34,832 nt of DNA from Nitrospirota bacterium (lineage in GTDB: Bacteria; Nitrospirota; UBA9217), in contig JBAIYC010000081.1 of assembly GCA_037916085.1 (NCBI GenBank), positions 1 through 34,832 on the forward strand, written 5' to 3'. The stretch's first letter is position 1. Each line of letters opens with the position of its first letter. The notes beneath the pieces are model-generated. The model had not been told where the DNA came from. It did not search any database and was given only the letters and a program-made list of their open reading frames with translations. A program made the translations under genes and the position numbers. Of the stretch, positions 15,423 through 23,693 are shown in pieces.

Positions 15423-16175
15423 ATGGACCAGGCATATGTTGACGAAATATTTGCTTCTGTCCAGGGCGAAGGTCCCTTCGTGGGCCAGCGGCAGGTCTTC
15501 GTGCGCTTCCAGGGATGCGACCTTCGCTGCGCCTATTGCGACACGCCGGAAACAGCCAAGCTGCCCGGTGGCGACGCGGCATCTCCCTGCAAGGCGCAGA
15601 TCTTCACGGGATCCTTTGAACGGGAGGAAGTGCCGAATCCGATCCCGGCATCTTTGCTTTCCGAGCTGTGCTCACGGCTCCATGTTCCCGGTCCGGCGAA
15701 GACGGTTGTGAGCCTCACCGGAGGCGAGCCGCTGCTTCAGCGGGAGTTCCTTCGCCGGTGGCTCCCGGGCATCGGGCAGACCTGCAGGATCTATCTGGAG
15801 ACCAGCGGCATTCACCATGATGCCATGCGCGAGCTTGCATCCCATATCGATGTCGTTAGCATGGACGTGAAGCTCCCGTCGGCGACCGGCCAGCCGGGGC
15901 GGTGGGATGAGCACCGCCGGTTTCTCGAAGCTACGAACGACACCGATGTCTTTCTGAAGGCCGTTGTCACCCGCAATACGGTTGCCGACGACGTGATTCG
16001 TGCCGCCCATCTGATCGCGGAACGCGACAGCCTGCTGACGCTCATTCTGCAGCCGGCGAGCGGATCTTTTGCTCCCCGAACAGAGGACCTCCTTCTGTTC
16101 CAGGCCATCGCGCTGGGGGTCATCGGTGACGTACGGATTATCCCGCAGGTCCACAAAATGCTTCTCCTTCCCTAG
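15423..16175 (+). CDS. queE: 7-carboxy-7-deazaguanine synthase (radical SAM, queuosine pathway)
   Basis: IFASVQGEGPFVGQRQVFVRFQGCDLRCAYCDTPE is the QueE N-terminal signature with the CX3CX2C cluster motif. Confidence 0.9.
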   Translation: MDQAYVDEIFASVQGEGPFVGQRQVFVRFQGCDLRCAYCDTPETAKLPGGDAASPCKAQIFTGSFEREEVPNPIPASLLSELCSRLHVPGPAKTVVSLTGGEPLLQREFLRRWLPGIGQTCRIYLETSGIHHDAMRELASHIDVVSMDVKLPSATGQPGRWDEHRRFLEATNDTDVFLKAVVTRNTVADDVIRAAHLIAERDSLLTLILQPASGSFAPRTEDLLLFQAIALGVIGDVRIIPQVHKMLLLP

Positions 16176-16202
16176 ACCGGGAACGAAGAGGGGGGCTCGT
16201 GC

Positions 16203-17633
16203 ATGAAATACGGGTTGCTGGTGCGGGTCATCGAGGAACTTGCCGGCATCCTGCCGGACTCACGGGTGGAGAAGGTGATTCCCGTTAATGATGACCATAT
16301 CGCGCTCCTTCTCTACCGAAAGAGAAGGAGCTATATTTTCCTCATCGCACCTGAACCGACCCTGCCCCGTCTTCATCTGCTCTCTCGGAAGCCTACGGCA
16401 ACAGCTTCGACTGCCCCATTCTTTCTGTCACTGAAGAAATATCTGACCGGAAGCGGCATCACCTGCATTCGCCTGGTGAATCAGGACCGGGTGGCCGAGA
16501 TCAGGTTCTCCCGGTTCGATCAAACGTTCATTCTCATTGTTGAGCTTCTCGGCAGCTCGTGCAACGCCGTTCTGACCGCTGGAGACGGCAGGATCATGGC
16601 CGTTCACCGTCCTGTTCCGCCCGGGGAACTGGTGAGAAGGCCCCTGGTCCCGGGTTTCGTTTATGAGCTCCCAGCGCCGCGATGGACGGCTGGTAGGGCA
16701 TCCGCCGGCAGCGGCGGGCTGCCCGCCGTCACCGGGGAATCCGTGCACCTTGCGGCGAACAAAGCGGCGGAAGCGATGTTCGAACGCATCGTTGCCGAGC
16801 GGGAACTGACGTCGCTTCGGCGGTCCCTCGGGAAAGCGATCAAGCAGGCGCGGTTACGGGCTGAGCGCCGCTGCGAGGCAGTGCAAGGAGACCTCGCCGT
16901 CGCCCAGAAGGGTGATGACTTCCGGCGCATGGGCGAACTCATCCTTGCGAACCTGCAGCGGATCGGGCGCGGACAGGCGCAGGCGGACCTGCAGGATCCC
17001 GAAGGAGGGGTCCATCAAATCGCGCTTGATCCGTCCCGATCGCCGTGGGAAAACGCCGATAGGTACTTCAAGAGATACAAGAAGTCTAAAGCGGGGATGG
17101 CGGTTCTTCAGGAACGGCTGTCTGAGACTCGGACGGAACTGGATTTTCTGTCCGTGATCCAGGGAGATCTGGAAGCAGCAGCCGGCCCGGAGGCGCTCGC
17201 AGCCGTCAGGAAGGAACTGACGATGCGCGGTCTATGCTGTCCGACTGCGGGAAGAGCGGCCAGACAAGAAGCCTCGTCAGCGCCGTACCGGACAATTACC
17301 TATGAAGGCTGGAACATTCTTATAGGACGAAGCGCAGCCGGTAACGACTACGTGACGATGCATATCGCTCGTCCTGACGACCTCTGGCTGCATGCAGAAG
17401 GCATCCCGGGGTCGCACGTCCTCGTATCGAATCCCCGGAAGCGCGATATCCCTCCGTCAGTGCTCGGGAAGGCGGCATCCCTGGCGGCCTACTACAGCAA
17501 GGGCAAGGGCTCTTCCAAGGTGCCTGTTGCTTATACGCCGGCAAAATACGTGGGAAAGCCGAAAGGTGCAGCGCCGGGGACCGTCGTTCTCAAGCAGAGA
17601 CGAAGCATTGTAGCCGCGCCGCAGCGGGAATAG
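16203..17633 (+). CDS. NFACT-family protein (RqcH/FbpA-like, ribosome quality-control type)
   Basis: It has an NFACT-N-like N-terminus and a coiled-coil middle. The C-terminal GWNILIGRSAAGNDYVT...DDLWLHAEGIPGSHVLV is NFACT-R/DUF814. Confidence 0.8.
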   Translation: MKYGLLVRVIEELAGILPDSRVEKVIPVNDDHIALLLYRKRRSYIFLIAPEPTLPRLHLLSRKPTATASTAPFFLSLKKYLTGSGITCIRLVNQDRVAEIRFSRFDQTFILIVELLGSSCNAVLTAGDGRIMAVHRPVPPGELVRRPLVPGFVYELPAPRWTAGRASAGSGGLPAVTGESVHLAANKAAEAMFERIVAERELTSLRRSLGKAIKQARLRAERRCEAVQGDLAVAQKGDDFRRMGELILANLQRIGRGQAQADLQDPEGGVHQIALDPSRSPWENADRYFKRYKKSKAGMAVLQERLSETRTELDFLSVIQGDLEAAAGPEALAAVRKELTMRGLCCPTAGRAARQEASSAPYRTITYEGWNILIGRSAAGNDYVTMHIARPDDLWLHAEGIPGSHVLVSNPRKRDIPPSVLGKAASLAAYYSKGKGSSKVPVAYTPAKYVGKPKGAAPGTVVLKQRRSIVAAPQRE

Positions 17634-17653
17634 CGCATGAGCTGGATTGTTCC

Positions 17654-17682
17654 TTGACAAGGTTGGTTCATCCGCCTATAAT
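17654..17682 (+). promoter_or_regulatory. Perfect-consensus sigma-70 promoter
   Basis: TTGACA (17654-17659), exactly 17 nt spacer, TATAAT (17677-17682), 44 nt upstream of ATG 17726. Confidence 0.75.
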
Positions 17683-17725
17683 TCGCCATATCATACTTTG
17701 TTGCTAGAAGGCTATTGTCGGCCTC

Positions 17726-18178
17726 ATGGAAACCATCGACCTGCTCCGGAAGATCGTGCTTTTTAAAGGCTGCACCAGGGATGATGTCGAACTCGTCGCC
17801 GATCTGTTCCAGGAACGTCATATCAAGGCGGGCACAACGATCTTCAACGAGAAGATGCCGGCGGAAGCTCTTTTCATCATCAGGAGCGGGACCGTGCGGA
17901 TATTCCTCATGGCCGGCGAAGGCGAAGAGGCAGGCATCCTGCAACTGGGGCAGGGCGATTTTTTTGGAGAGATCGCTCTGATCCAGGAATCGACGCGGGC
18001 GGTTTCTGCCCGCGCCGAGACCGCGACCGACATCCTCATTCTGACCCGTAAGGACTTTTCCGCACTTCTTGACCTCGAACCTCGCGTTGGAGTGAAGATG
18101 ACCTTGGCCATCTCCCGTCTCCTGGCCATGCGCGTCAAGGCCTACAGCAACAAACTCCGTGAACTCCTCCTCTCATGA
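17726..18178 (+). CDS. Stand-alone cyclic-nucleotide-binding (CAP effector-type) domain protein
   Basis: 150 aa. FKGCTRDDVELVADLF...FFGEIALIQESTRAVSARAETATDILILTRKDF is the cNMP-binding beta-barrel/phosphate-binding cassette. No DNA-binding domain follows. Confidence 0.85.
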   Translation: METIDLLRKIVLFKGCTRDDVELVADLFQERHIKAGTTIFNEKMPAEALFIIRSGTVRIFLMAGEGEEAGILQLGQGDFFGEIALIQESTRAVSARAETATDILILTRKDFSALLDLEPRVGVKMTLAISRLLAMRVKAYSNKLRELLLS

Positions 18179-19137
18179 TCCTGGCAGGGATCGATGTCGG
18201 AACGAATACCCTCCGTTTGCTCATTGCCAATATTGCCGCTGATTCATACCGTGAGCTCGCATCAGGTCGCACTATCACTCGTCTGGGGCAGGATCTGGAC
18301 CGGAGCGGCTACCTTTCGCAGGAAGCGCAGGAACGCTCTCTCAATGCCCTGGAGGAGTTCTCCCGTACCATCCAGGCCTTTGCCCCTCGTGCAGTCCTTG
18401 CGGTCGGAACGAGCGCGCTGCGGAATGCTTGGAACAGCGACCAGTTCGTTCGGGCCATAAAAGACCGGACGGGAATCGAACTTCGCATCATCAGCGCGGA
18501 GGAAGAGGCCAGGCTCACGCTTCTCGGAGTGCGTAGGGCACTTTTCCCGCCGAGGTCTGGCGGCCCTGACCCGCTTTCGTCCGCATTGGTGGTAGATATC
18601 GGAGGAGGGAGCACCGAGATTATTGCGACCGCGAAGGGAGCGGCCGTCCACATGCAGAGTCTTGACCTGGGGGCCGTCTACCTCACCGACCGGCATATCA
18701 GGAATGATCCGCCCGGGAGGCCTGAGGTAGACAATGTACGCGCTGCAGTTCGGCAAGGACTAGACGCATGGGAAGGGGACCTCAAAGCCGCTGGAGGAGC
18801 GGGTCCAAGAAGCTTCGCGACGCTCGCCGGTACCGCTGGGACGATCACGACCCTGGCCGCCATGGATCTTGAGCTTGAACGCTACGATCCCGAGAGGATC
18901 AACGGCCATATGCTGTTGCGGACCGCGATCGACAGGATGATCCGCGAACTGTCTTTGCTGAGCCGGGAACAGCGCAGACGCCTTGCCGGCCTCGAACGCG
19001 GCCGGGAGGACATCATCCTTGCCGGCGCCGTCATCTGCCAGGAAATCATGGAGCGCTGCGGGAAGAAGGACCTGCTCGTGAGCGACTGGGGTCTCCGCGA
19101 GGGAATCGTCCTCGATCTCAACGAAAAGCTTCGCTGA
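18175..19137 (+). CDS. Ppx/GppA-family phosphatase (exopolyphosphatase / pppGpp phosphohydrolase type)
   Basis: GIDVGTNTLRLLIA and VVDIGGGSTEI are ASKHA phosphate motifs. The ATG overlaps the stop of the preceding gene (ATGA at 18175-18178). Confidence 0.9.
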   Translation: MILAGIDVGTNTLRLLIANIAADSYRELASGRTITRLGQDLDRSGYLSQEAQERSLNALEEFSRTIQAFAPRAVLAVGTSALRNAWNSDQFVRAIKDRTGIELRIISAEEEARLTLLGVRRALFPPRSGGPDPLSSALVVDIGGGSTEIIATAKGAAVHMQSLDLGAVYLTDRHIRNDPPGRPEVDNVRAAVRQGLDAWEGDLKAAGGAGPRSFATLAGTAGTITTLAAMDLELERYDPERINGHMLLRTAIDRMIRELSLLSREQRRRLAGLERGREDIILAGAVICQEIMERCGKKDLLVSDWGLREGIVLDLNEKLR

Positions 19138-19210
19138 CCATGTACCCGACAATGCCTTCCTCCCTGTCAGGAATATTCCCCTTTTCATCTGGCTGTATTA
19201 TAATAGGCCC

Positions 19211-20581
19211 ATGAGCGATGCGCGCATACTCATCATGGATGACGATCCGAGGGAGCGCAGCAAGATCGAGGCAGCCCTTCGGCAGAAGGGGTACGACGTG
19301 GTCGGGTTAGGGACAGCGCCTGAAGCGATCGAGGCGCTCAGGAGAGACCACTTCGACGTCATGCTGACGGACTGCACCATCCCTGGTGTCGACGCTCTTC
19401 AGGCATCGGGAGAAGCCCGGAAGATCAATCCCGACCTGGCAGTGATCATCATGACAGCCTACGGCACCATCGAGACCGCGGTGAAGGCCATCAAGGCGGG
19501 CGCTTACGATTACCTTGCGAAGCCCATCGATCTGGACCAGCTTGCAGTGCTGGTCGAGCGGGTGTCGGAACGGCAGGGCCTGATCCGCGAGAACAGCGAA
19601 CTGCGGGAGCAGCTCCGGGAACGGTACAAGTTCGAGGAGATCACGGGTACGAGCCATGCCATGGAGGAGGTGCTGAACCTGGCCGGCCGGGTGGCCGGCA
19701 GCAGTGCGACGGTCCTCCTCCGGGGCGAAAGCGGAACCGGCAAGGAACTGATCGCCCGCGCCATCCATTACCACAGTCCCCGTGCGGCTGCGCAGTTCAT
19801 CAAAGTGAACTGTGCGGCCCTGCCGGAAACGCTGCTGGAAAGCGAGCTGTTTGGCCACGAGAAGGGGGCGTTCACCGGCGCTGCTGCACGACGCATCGGG
19901 AGGTTCGAACTTGCGGACCGGGGGACGCTCTTCCTCGACGAGATCGGCGATATTTCGCCGGCCGTGCAGATCAAACTGCTCCGGGTTCTGCAGGAGCGGG
20001 AGTTCGAACGGCTCGGGGGGAACCAGACGATCAAGGTTGACGTGCGGCTGATAGCGGCGACGAACCGCGATTTGGAGCAGGCCATGCGGGAAGGCAGGTT
20101 CCGCGAGGACCTGTACTACCGACTGAACGTTGTGACCGTGACGATACCGCCGTTGCGGGACCGGAAAGAGGATATCCCAGCGCTCATGGAGCATTTCATC
20201 GAGAAGTACAGTGCGGCGAACCGGAAGAAGATTTCCGGTGTCACCGCAGAAGCACGGGAGCTCCTGATGCGGTATTCCTATCCCGGAAACGTGCGGGAAC
20301 TTGAAAACATCATGGAGCGCGCCGTCGTGCTGTCGAAGGGCGGGAACATCGCTACGGTGGACCTTCCCATCCACCTGCGAACCACTGAGAGCGACGAGAA
20401 ACTCTGCGTCAAGAAGAAGGGGTCATCGCTCAACGAAACGCTGGATACGGTGGAGCGGGGGCTCATTCTAGAGGCGCTCAAGGAAGCCGGCGGTGTGCAG
20501 ACCCGGGCGGCGGAGAAGCTGGGTATCAGCGAGCGGGTGCTTCGGTACAAGCTGTCTAAGTACAAGATAAAGGAACAGTGA
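19211..20581 (+). CDS. NtrC-family sigma-54-dependent response regulator (REC-AAA+-Fis HTH)
   Basis: The receiver has MDDD, the phospho-acceptor in VMLTDCTIPG, IMTAYG and LAKP. The AAA+ domain has Walker A GESGTGKE, GAFTGA and LFLDEIG. The C-terminal HTH is TRAAEKLGISERVLRYKL. Confidence 0.95.
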   Translation: MSDARILIMDDDPRERSKIEAALRQKGYDVVGLGTAPEAIEALRRDHFDVMLTDCTIPGVDALQASGEARKINPDLAVIIMTAYGTIETAVKAIKAGAYDYLAKPIDLDQLAVLVERVSERQGLIRENSELREQLRERYKFEEITGTSHAMEEVLNLAGRVAGSSATVLLRGESGTGKELIARAIHYHSPRAAAQFIKVNCAALPETLLESELFGHEKGAFTGAAARRIGRFELADRGTLFLDEIGDISPAVQIKLLRVLQEREFERLGGNQTIKVDVRLIAATNRDLEQAMREGRFREDLYYRLNVVTVTIPPLRDRKEDIPALMEHFIEKYSAANRKKISGVTAEARELLMRYSYPGNVRELENIMERAVVLSKGGNIATVDLPIHLRTTESDEKLCVKKKGSSLNETLDTVERGLILEALKEAGGVQTRAAEKLGISERVLRYKLSKYKIKEQ

Positions 20582-20582
20582 G

Positions 20583-20810
20583 ATGAAAAGCTTCCGATCA
20601 CTGGTCATCGTGGCGGTCGCTGTGGTGCTGGCGCTGTTCTATCTGTCCTCAACGGGGAAGAAGCCGCCGATGATACCTTCCGACGCGGCTCATCAGGGGA
20701 CCACGACACAGGAAGGCTGTACTGCCTGTCACGCTCCGGGGAAGTCTTCGCCGCTCAAAGAGATGCATCCGCCGAAGGAACAATGTTTGGTCTGCCATAA
20801 GACGGGCTAG
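20583..20810 (+). CDS. Small membrane-anchored diheme c-type cytochrome (doubled CXXCH)
   Basis: 75 aa with an N-terminal TM helix (LVIVAVAVVLALFYL). The two heme motifs are CTACH and CLVCH. The ATG lies 1 nt after the regulator stop codon. Confidence 0.75.
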   Translation: MKSFRSLVIVAVAVVLALFYLSSTGKKPPMIPSDAAHQGTTTQEGCTACHAPGKSSPLKEMHPPKEQCLVCHKTG

Positions 20811-20982
20811 GGAATACTGGGTAGCAAGACCGATGTGGCAACCTAGGGACTTCGACTCTGTTGCCGAAAAAGAAATTGCTGTAGGGGCGCTTCATTCGGA
20901 CTGCACGTACCCTGCAGCATCGCGCTTGATATCTTTCGCGGCGCGATCATAGATGAACTCACGCAGAAAGGCGGCCAATGAC

Positions 20983-21690
20983 ATGAGCAGCTTTCTTCTG
21001 ATCCACGGTGCGTTCCGGGGAGCATGGCTGTGGGAGCGTCTGATGCCGCTCTTGATGAGGGGCGGGGGGAACCCTGTCGCAATCGACCTGCCCGGTCACG
21101 GCGATCGTTCGGCGGACCGAAAGGGCATCACCATGTCCTCCTACATCGAAGACGTGATGCATTTCATCCGCGACGAAAACCTTCAGGATATCGTGCTTGT
21201 CGGCCACAGCATGTCGGGCATCGTCATCAGCAAAGTGGCCGAGGAGATGCCGGACAGGATCAGGCATCTCGTCTACCTTGCGGCCGCAGTGCCCAAGGAC
21301 AACGACGCACTGATCGATCTCCTGACGAAGGATCGACAGGCAGCACTGCGACCGCAGTACGGGAAGGTGCAGGAGCTTTTCGGTCCGATCGAACAGCTCC
21401 GTCCCATGTACTTTACCGACCTCGAAGGGGATGAACAGACCTATTTCCTCAGACAGCTGACGCCGCAGCCACTGGCAGTATTCTTTGAGCATGTCCGGTT
21501 CAAGAAATTTCCCGATGTGGCCATGCCGAAGACCTATATCATGGGACTGAAGGACAAAAGTTTCCCGCCGGAGCTAGCGCGGCGATTCGCGGATCGTCTG
21601 GGAGTGAAGCCTCTAGAAATAGATGCGGGCCACGACCTCATGGTGTCGCAGCCCGGTGAAGTGGCTGATGTGCTTTTGAAGTGCTGCTAA
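20983..21690 (+). CDS. Alpha/beta-fold hydrolase (methylesterase/SABP2-like subfamily)
   Basis: FLLIHGAFRGAWLWERL...VAIDLPGHG and the nucleophile elbow GHSMSG are present. ATG 20983 is preferred over 20953 because homologues start close to the HG motif. Confidence 0.8.
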   Translation: MSSFLLIHGAFRGAWLWERLMPLLMRGGGNPVAIDLPGHGDRSADRKGITMSSYIEDVMHFIRDENLQDIVLVGHSMSGIVISKVAEEMPDRIRHLVYLAAAVPKDNDALIDLLTKDRQAALRPQYGKVQELFGPIEQLRPMYFTDLEGDEQTYFLRQLTPQPLAVFFEHVRFKKFPDVAMPKTYIMGLKDKSFPPELARRFADRLGVKPLEIDAGHDLMVSQPGEVADVLLKCC

Positions 21691-21703
21691 AGAAGATGGT
21701 CCG

Positions 21704-22033
21704 CTAGCCCTTGTGGCAGCGTTTGCAATTACTGGCGTCCTTTACGTCAAAGGCCTTCTTCCCGTCGTGACAGCTCCCGCAGAACTTGCCTTTCGTCAGT
21801 GCAGACATGTCCATCTGGTACGCCGCTCCGCCCGTCATCTGAAAGGTCTTATAATGACAATTGTTGCAGCGCTGGCCTTTCAGGTTCACATGATATTCAT
21901 GGTTGAACAGCACCGGCGCCGCGCCCTTGGGCCGGTACTCCTTATCTCCGCCGCCGACCTTGGCAGGAACGGAGAATGGGGCCAGAATGAGGGATCCACT
22001 TGCCACGACCGCGATAAACAAGGCTGTTCGCAT
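21704..22033 (-). CDS. Periplasmic triheme cytochrome c (c7/c3-like), paralogue 3
   Basis: It has a signal peptide and three heme motifs (CNNCH, CGSCH, CKRCH). ATG 22033 is preceded by AAGGAGG. An alternative ATG at 22054 overlaps the upstream stop as ATGA. Confidence 0.85.
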   Translation of the reverse strand: MRTALFIAVVASGSLILAPFSVPAKVGGGDKEYRPKGAAPVLFNHEYHVNLKGQRCNNCHYKTFQMTGGAAYQMDMSALTKGKFCGSCHDGKKAFDVKDASNCKRCHKG

Positions 22034-22050
22034 AAGGAGCCGCCTCCTTG

Positions 22051-22365
22051 TCATTTCTTGTGACACCGCATGCAGTTCTTCGAGGAAGCGAGGTCGAAGG
22101 CCTTCATCCCGTTGTGGCAATGTCCGCAGAAACCGTTCTTGGTAATCTTTTCCTTATGCATTTCATATCCTGCTCCCTTGGCGAATTTCTGAAAGTGGCA
22201 GGCAACGCATTTGAGGCCCCGCACATGCAGGTGGTAATCGTGGCTGAAATGGACCGGCTCGATGTTCTGCGGAGTAAAGACGATATCTCCGCCGCCGGCG
22301 GCCATGGCTGCAGGAAAAGGAAGGAGAACAAGACCCATGACCAGGATCAGGATGGCGTTCCGCAT
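22051..22365 (-). CDS. Periplasmic triheme cytochrome c (c7/c3-like), paralogue 2
   Basis: It has a signal peptide and three heme motifs (CVACH, CGHCH, CMRCH). It is colinear with its neighbours (GGGDI.F.P....PV.FSH..H). Confidence 0.85.
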   Translation of the reverse strand: MRNAILILVMGLVLLPFPAAMAAGGGDIVFTPQNIEPVHFSHDYHLHVRGLKCVACHFQKFAKGAGYEMHKEKITKNGFCGHCHNGMKAFDLASSKNCMRCHKK

Positions 22366-22376
22366 GACTCCTCCGG

Positions 22377-22694
22377 TTACTTATGACATCTCACGCAGTT
22401 GTCCGGAGACTTGACATCGAAGGATTTCTGCCCGTTGTGGCACTTGCCGCAGAAATCGCCCTTGGTCAGCTTCGCCATATCCATCTTGTACGATCCTTGT
22501 GCCATGTGAAAGATCTGGTAATGACAGCCCGTGCACTTGATGCCTTTTCCTTTTACGTGTGCTTCGTGACTGAACGTCACCGGGGCCGCATTCTTCGGCG
22601 TGAATTTGATGTCCCCGCCGCCCACCTTCTCTGCAGAGGCGGCCGCAGACAGAACGAGTACCGATGCGATGATGAATAGAACCATTTTCTTCAT
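22377..22694 (-). CDS. Periplasmic triheme cytochrome c (c7/c3-like), paralogue 1
   Basis: The signal peptide is MKKMVLFIIASVLVLSAAASA. The heme motifs are CTGCH, CGKCH and CVRCH. The SD GGGAGGGAGGA lies upstream. Confidence 0.9.
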   Translation of the reverse strand: MKKMVLFIIASVLVLSAAASAEKVGGGDIKFTPKNAAPVTFSHEAHVKGKGIKCTGCHYQIFHMAQGSYKMDMAKLTKGDFCGKCHNGQKSFDVKSPDNCVRCHK

Positions 22695-22735
22695 TGTTCC
22701 GATCCTCCCTCCCGCATAAGGTCAAATCTGGCGTG

Positions 22736-22764
22736 ATTATACCAAAAGTCTATGGGAATTACAA
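22736..22764 (-). promoter_or_regulatory. Sigma-70 promoter (extended -10) for the cytochrome trio
   Basis: The minus strand reads TTGTAA (22764-22759), 17 nt spacer, TGgTATAAT (22744-22736). Confidence 0.55.
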
Positions 22765-22803
22765 GCTTTTCTTTGTTGATGTGCCATCGTCTTCTGCGGC
22801 ATC

Positions 22804-22812
22804 TGGTATAAT
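22804..22812 (+). promoter_or_regulatory. Extended -10 promoter for the PDO-like/radical SAM/archease operon
   Basis: TGgTATAAT at 22804-22812. The SD GAGGTGA lies before ATG 22847. Confidence 0.5.
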
Positions 22813-22846
22813 CAAGAAGAAACCTACTTCCCCGTGAGGTGACGCC

Positions 22847-23653
22847 ATGCTTAAAGAAAGCACACTCCAGATCATCAGGGACTCGCTTGCCGGAATGAGA
22901 AACCCCGTTCGCCTTGTGCTGTTCACAAGCGACACGGGATGCGAAGCGTGCCCCGACACAGTCGCGACGGCGCGGGCCATCAAGGCAGCATCGCCGAAGA
23001 TCGCCCTGGAAGTCTACCACATCACCATGGACCGGGACAAGGTCGCAGAATATGCCATCAAGCGGGTGCCGTCTGTCGTGGTACAGTCGACCGTCAGACG
23101 CTCCGTGACGTTCAGCGGTGCCATGGAGGGGATATCGCTGATCATGCTGCTCGACGCCATTAAGGGTGTGGCGGAGAACCGGAAGTGGTTCCCCGAACGG
23201 ATCGCTTCTGCGTTGACATTGCTGCGGCAGGAGGTGCACGTCCAGGTGTTCCTCGAGAACGATTGCACGCTGTGCAAACCCGTTGCCGAGACGGCCATGG
23301 GTCTCGCTTTGACGAACCGCATGGTCAACGCGGAAATCCTCGTGGCCGATGATTTTCCCGACCTGCTGTCAAGGTACCGCATCAAGATCCTGCCCTACCT
23401 CCTTTTTGGCGAAACGCTCTCGCATGGAGGGCATGCGTCGGAGAGCGAGTTCCTCGAGATGCTCTTTCAGGCCCAGGGGAGGGCGGGGGCGGCAGAGAAA
23501 CGATGCGCCATCTGCGGTCAGCCGTCGGCCGACAGGATCTGCGACTCCTGCAAGTCCAAAATCCAGGCCGAGGCGCTCAACCACAAGCACAGGGAAGAGC
23601 AGCTCCACGAGAAGGGGACTATCGTAGATCACCACGGACACAGCCATCATTGA
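22847..23653 (+). CDS. Protein-disulfide-oxidoreductase-like protein (two thioredoxin folds) with C-terminal zinc ribbon and His-rich tail
   Basis: Two Trx-like units carry CEAC and CTLC, laid out like archaeal glutaredoxin-like PDO proteins. CAICGQPSADRICDSC (CxxC-N8-CxxC) follows, and the protein ends in HHGHSHH. Confidence 0.7.
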   Translation: MLKESTLQIIRDSLAGMRNPVRLVLFTSDTGCEACPDTVATARAIKAASPKIALEVYHITMDRDKVAEYAIKRVPSVVVQSTVRRSVTFSGAMEGISLIMLLDAIKGVAENRKWFPERIASALTLLRQEVHVQVFLENDCTLCKPVAETAMGLALTNRMVNAEILVADDFPDLLSRYRIKILPYLLFGETLSHGGHASESEFLEMLFQAQGRAGAAEKRCAICGQPSADRICDSCKSKIQAEALNHKHREEQLHEKGTIVDHHGHSHH

Positions 23654-23693
23654 CGCCAGCATGGCCACCTGCGCCGTGCGACCGGAACCGATT

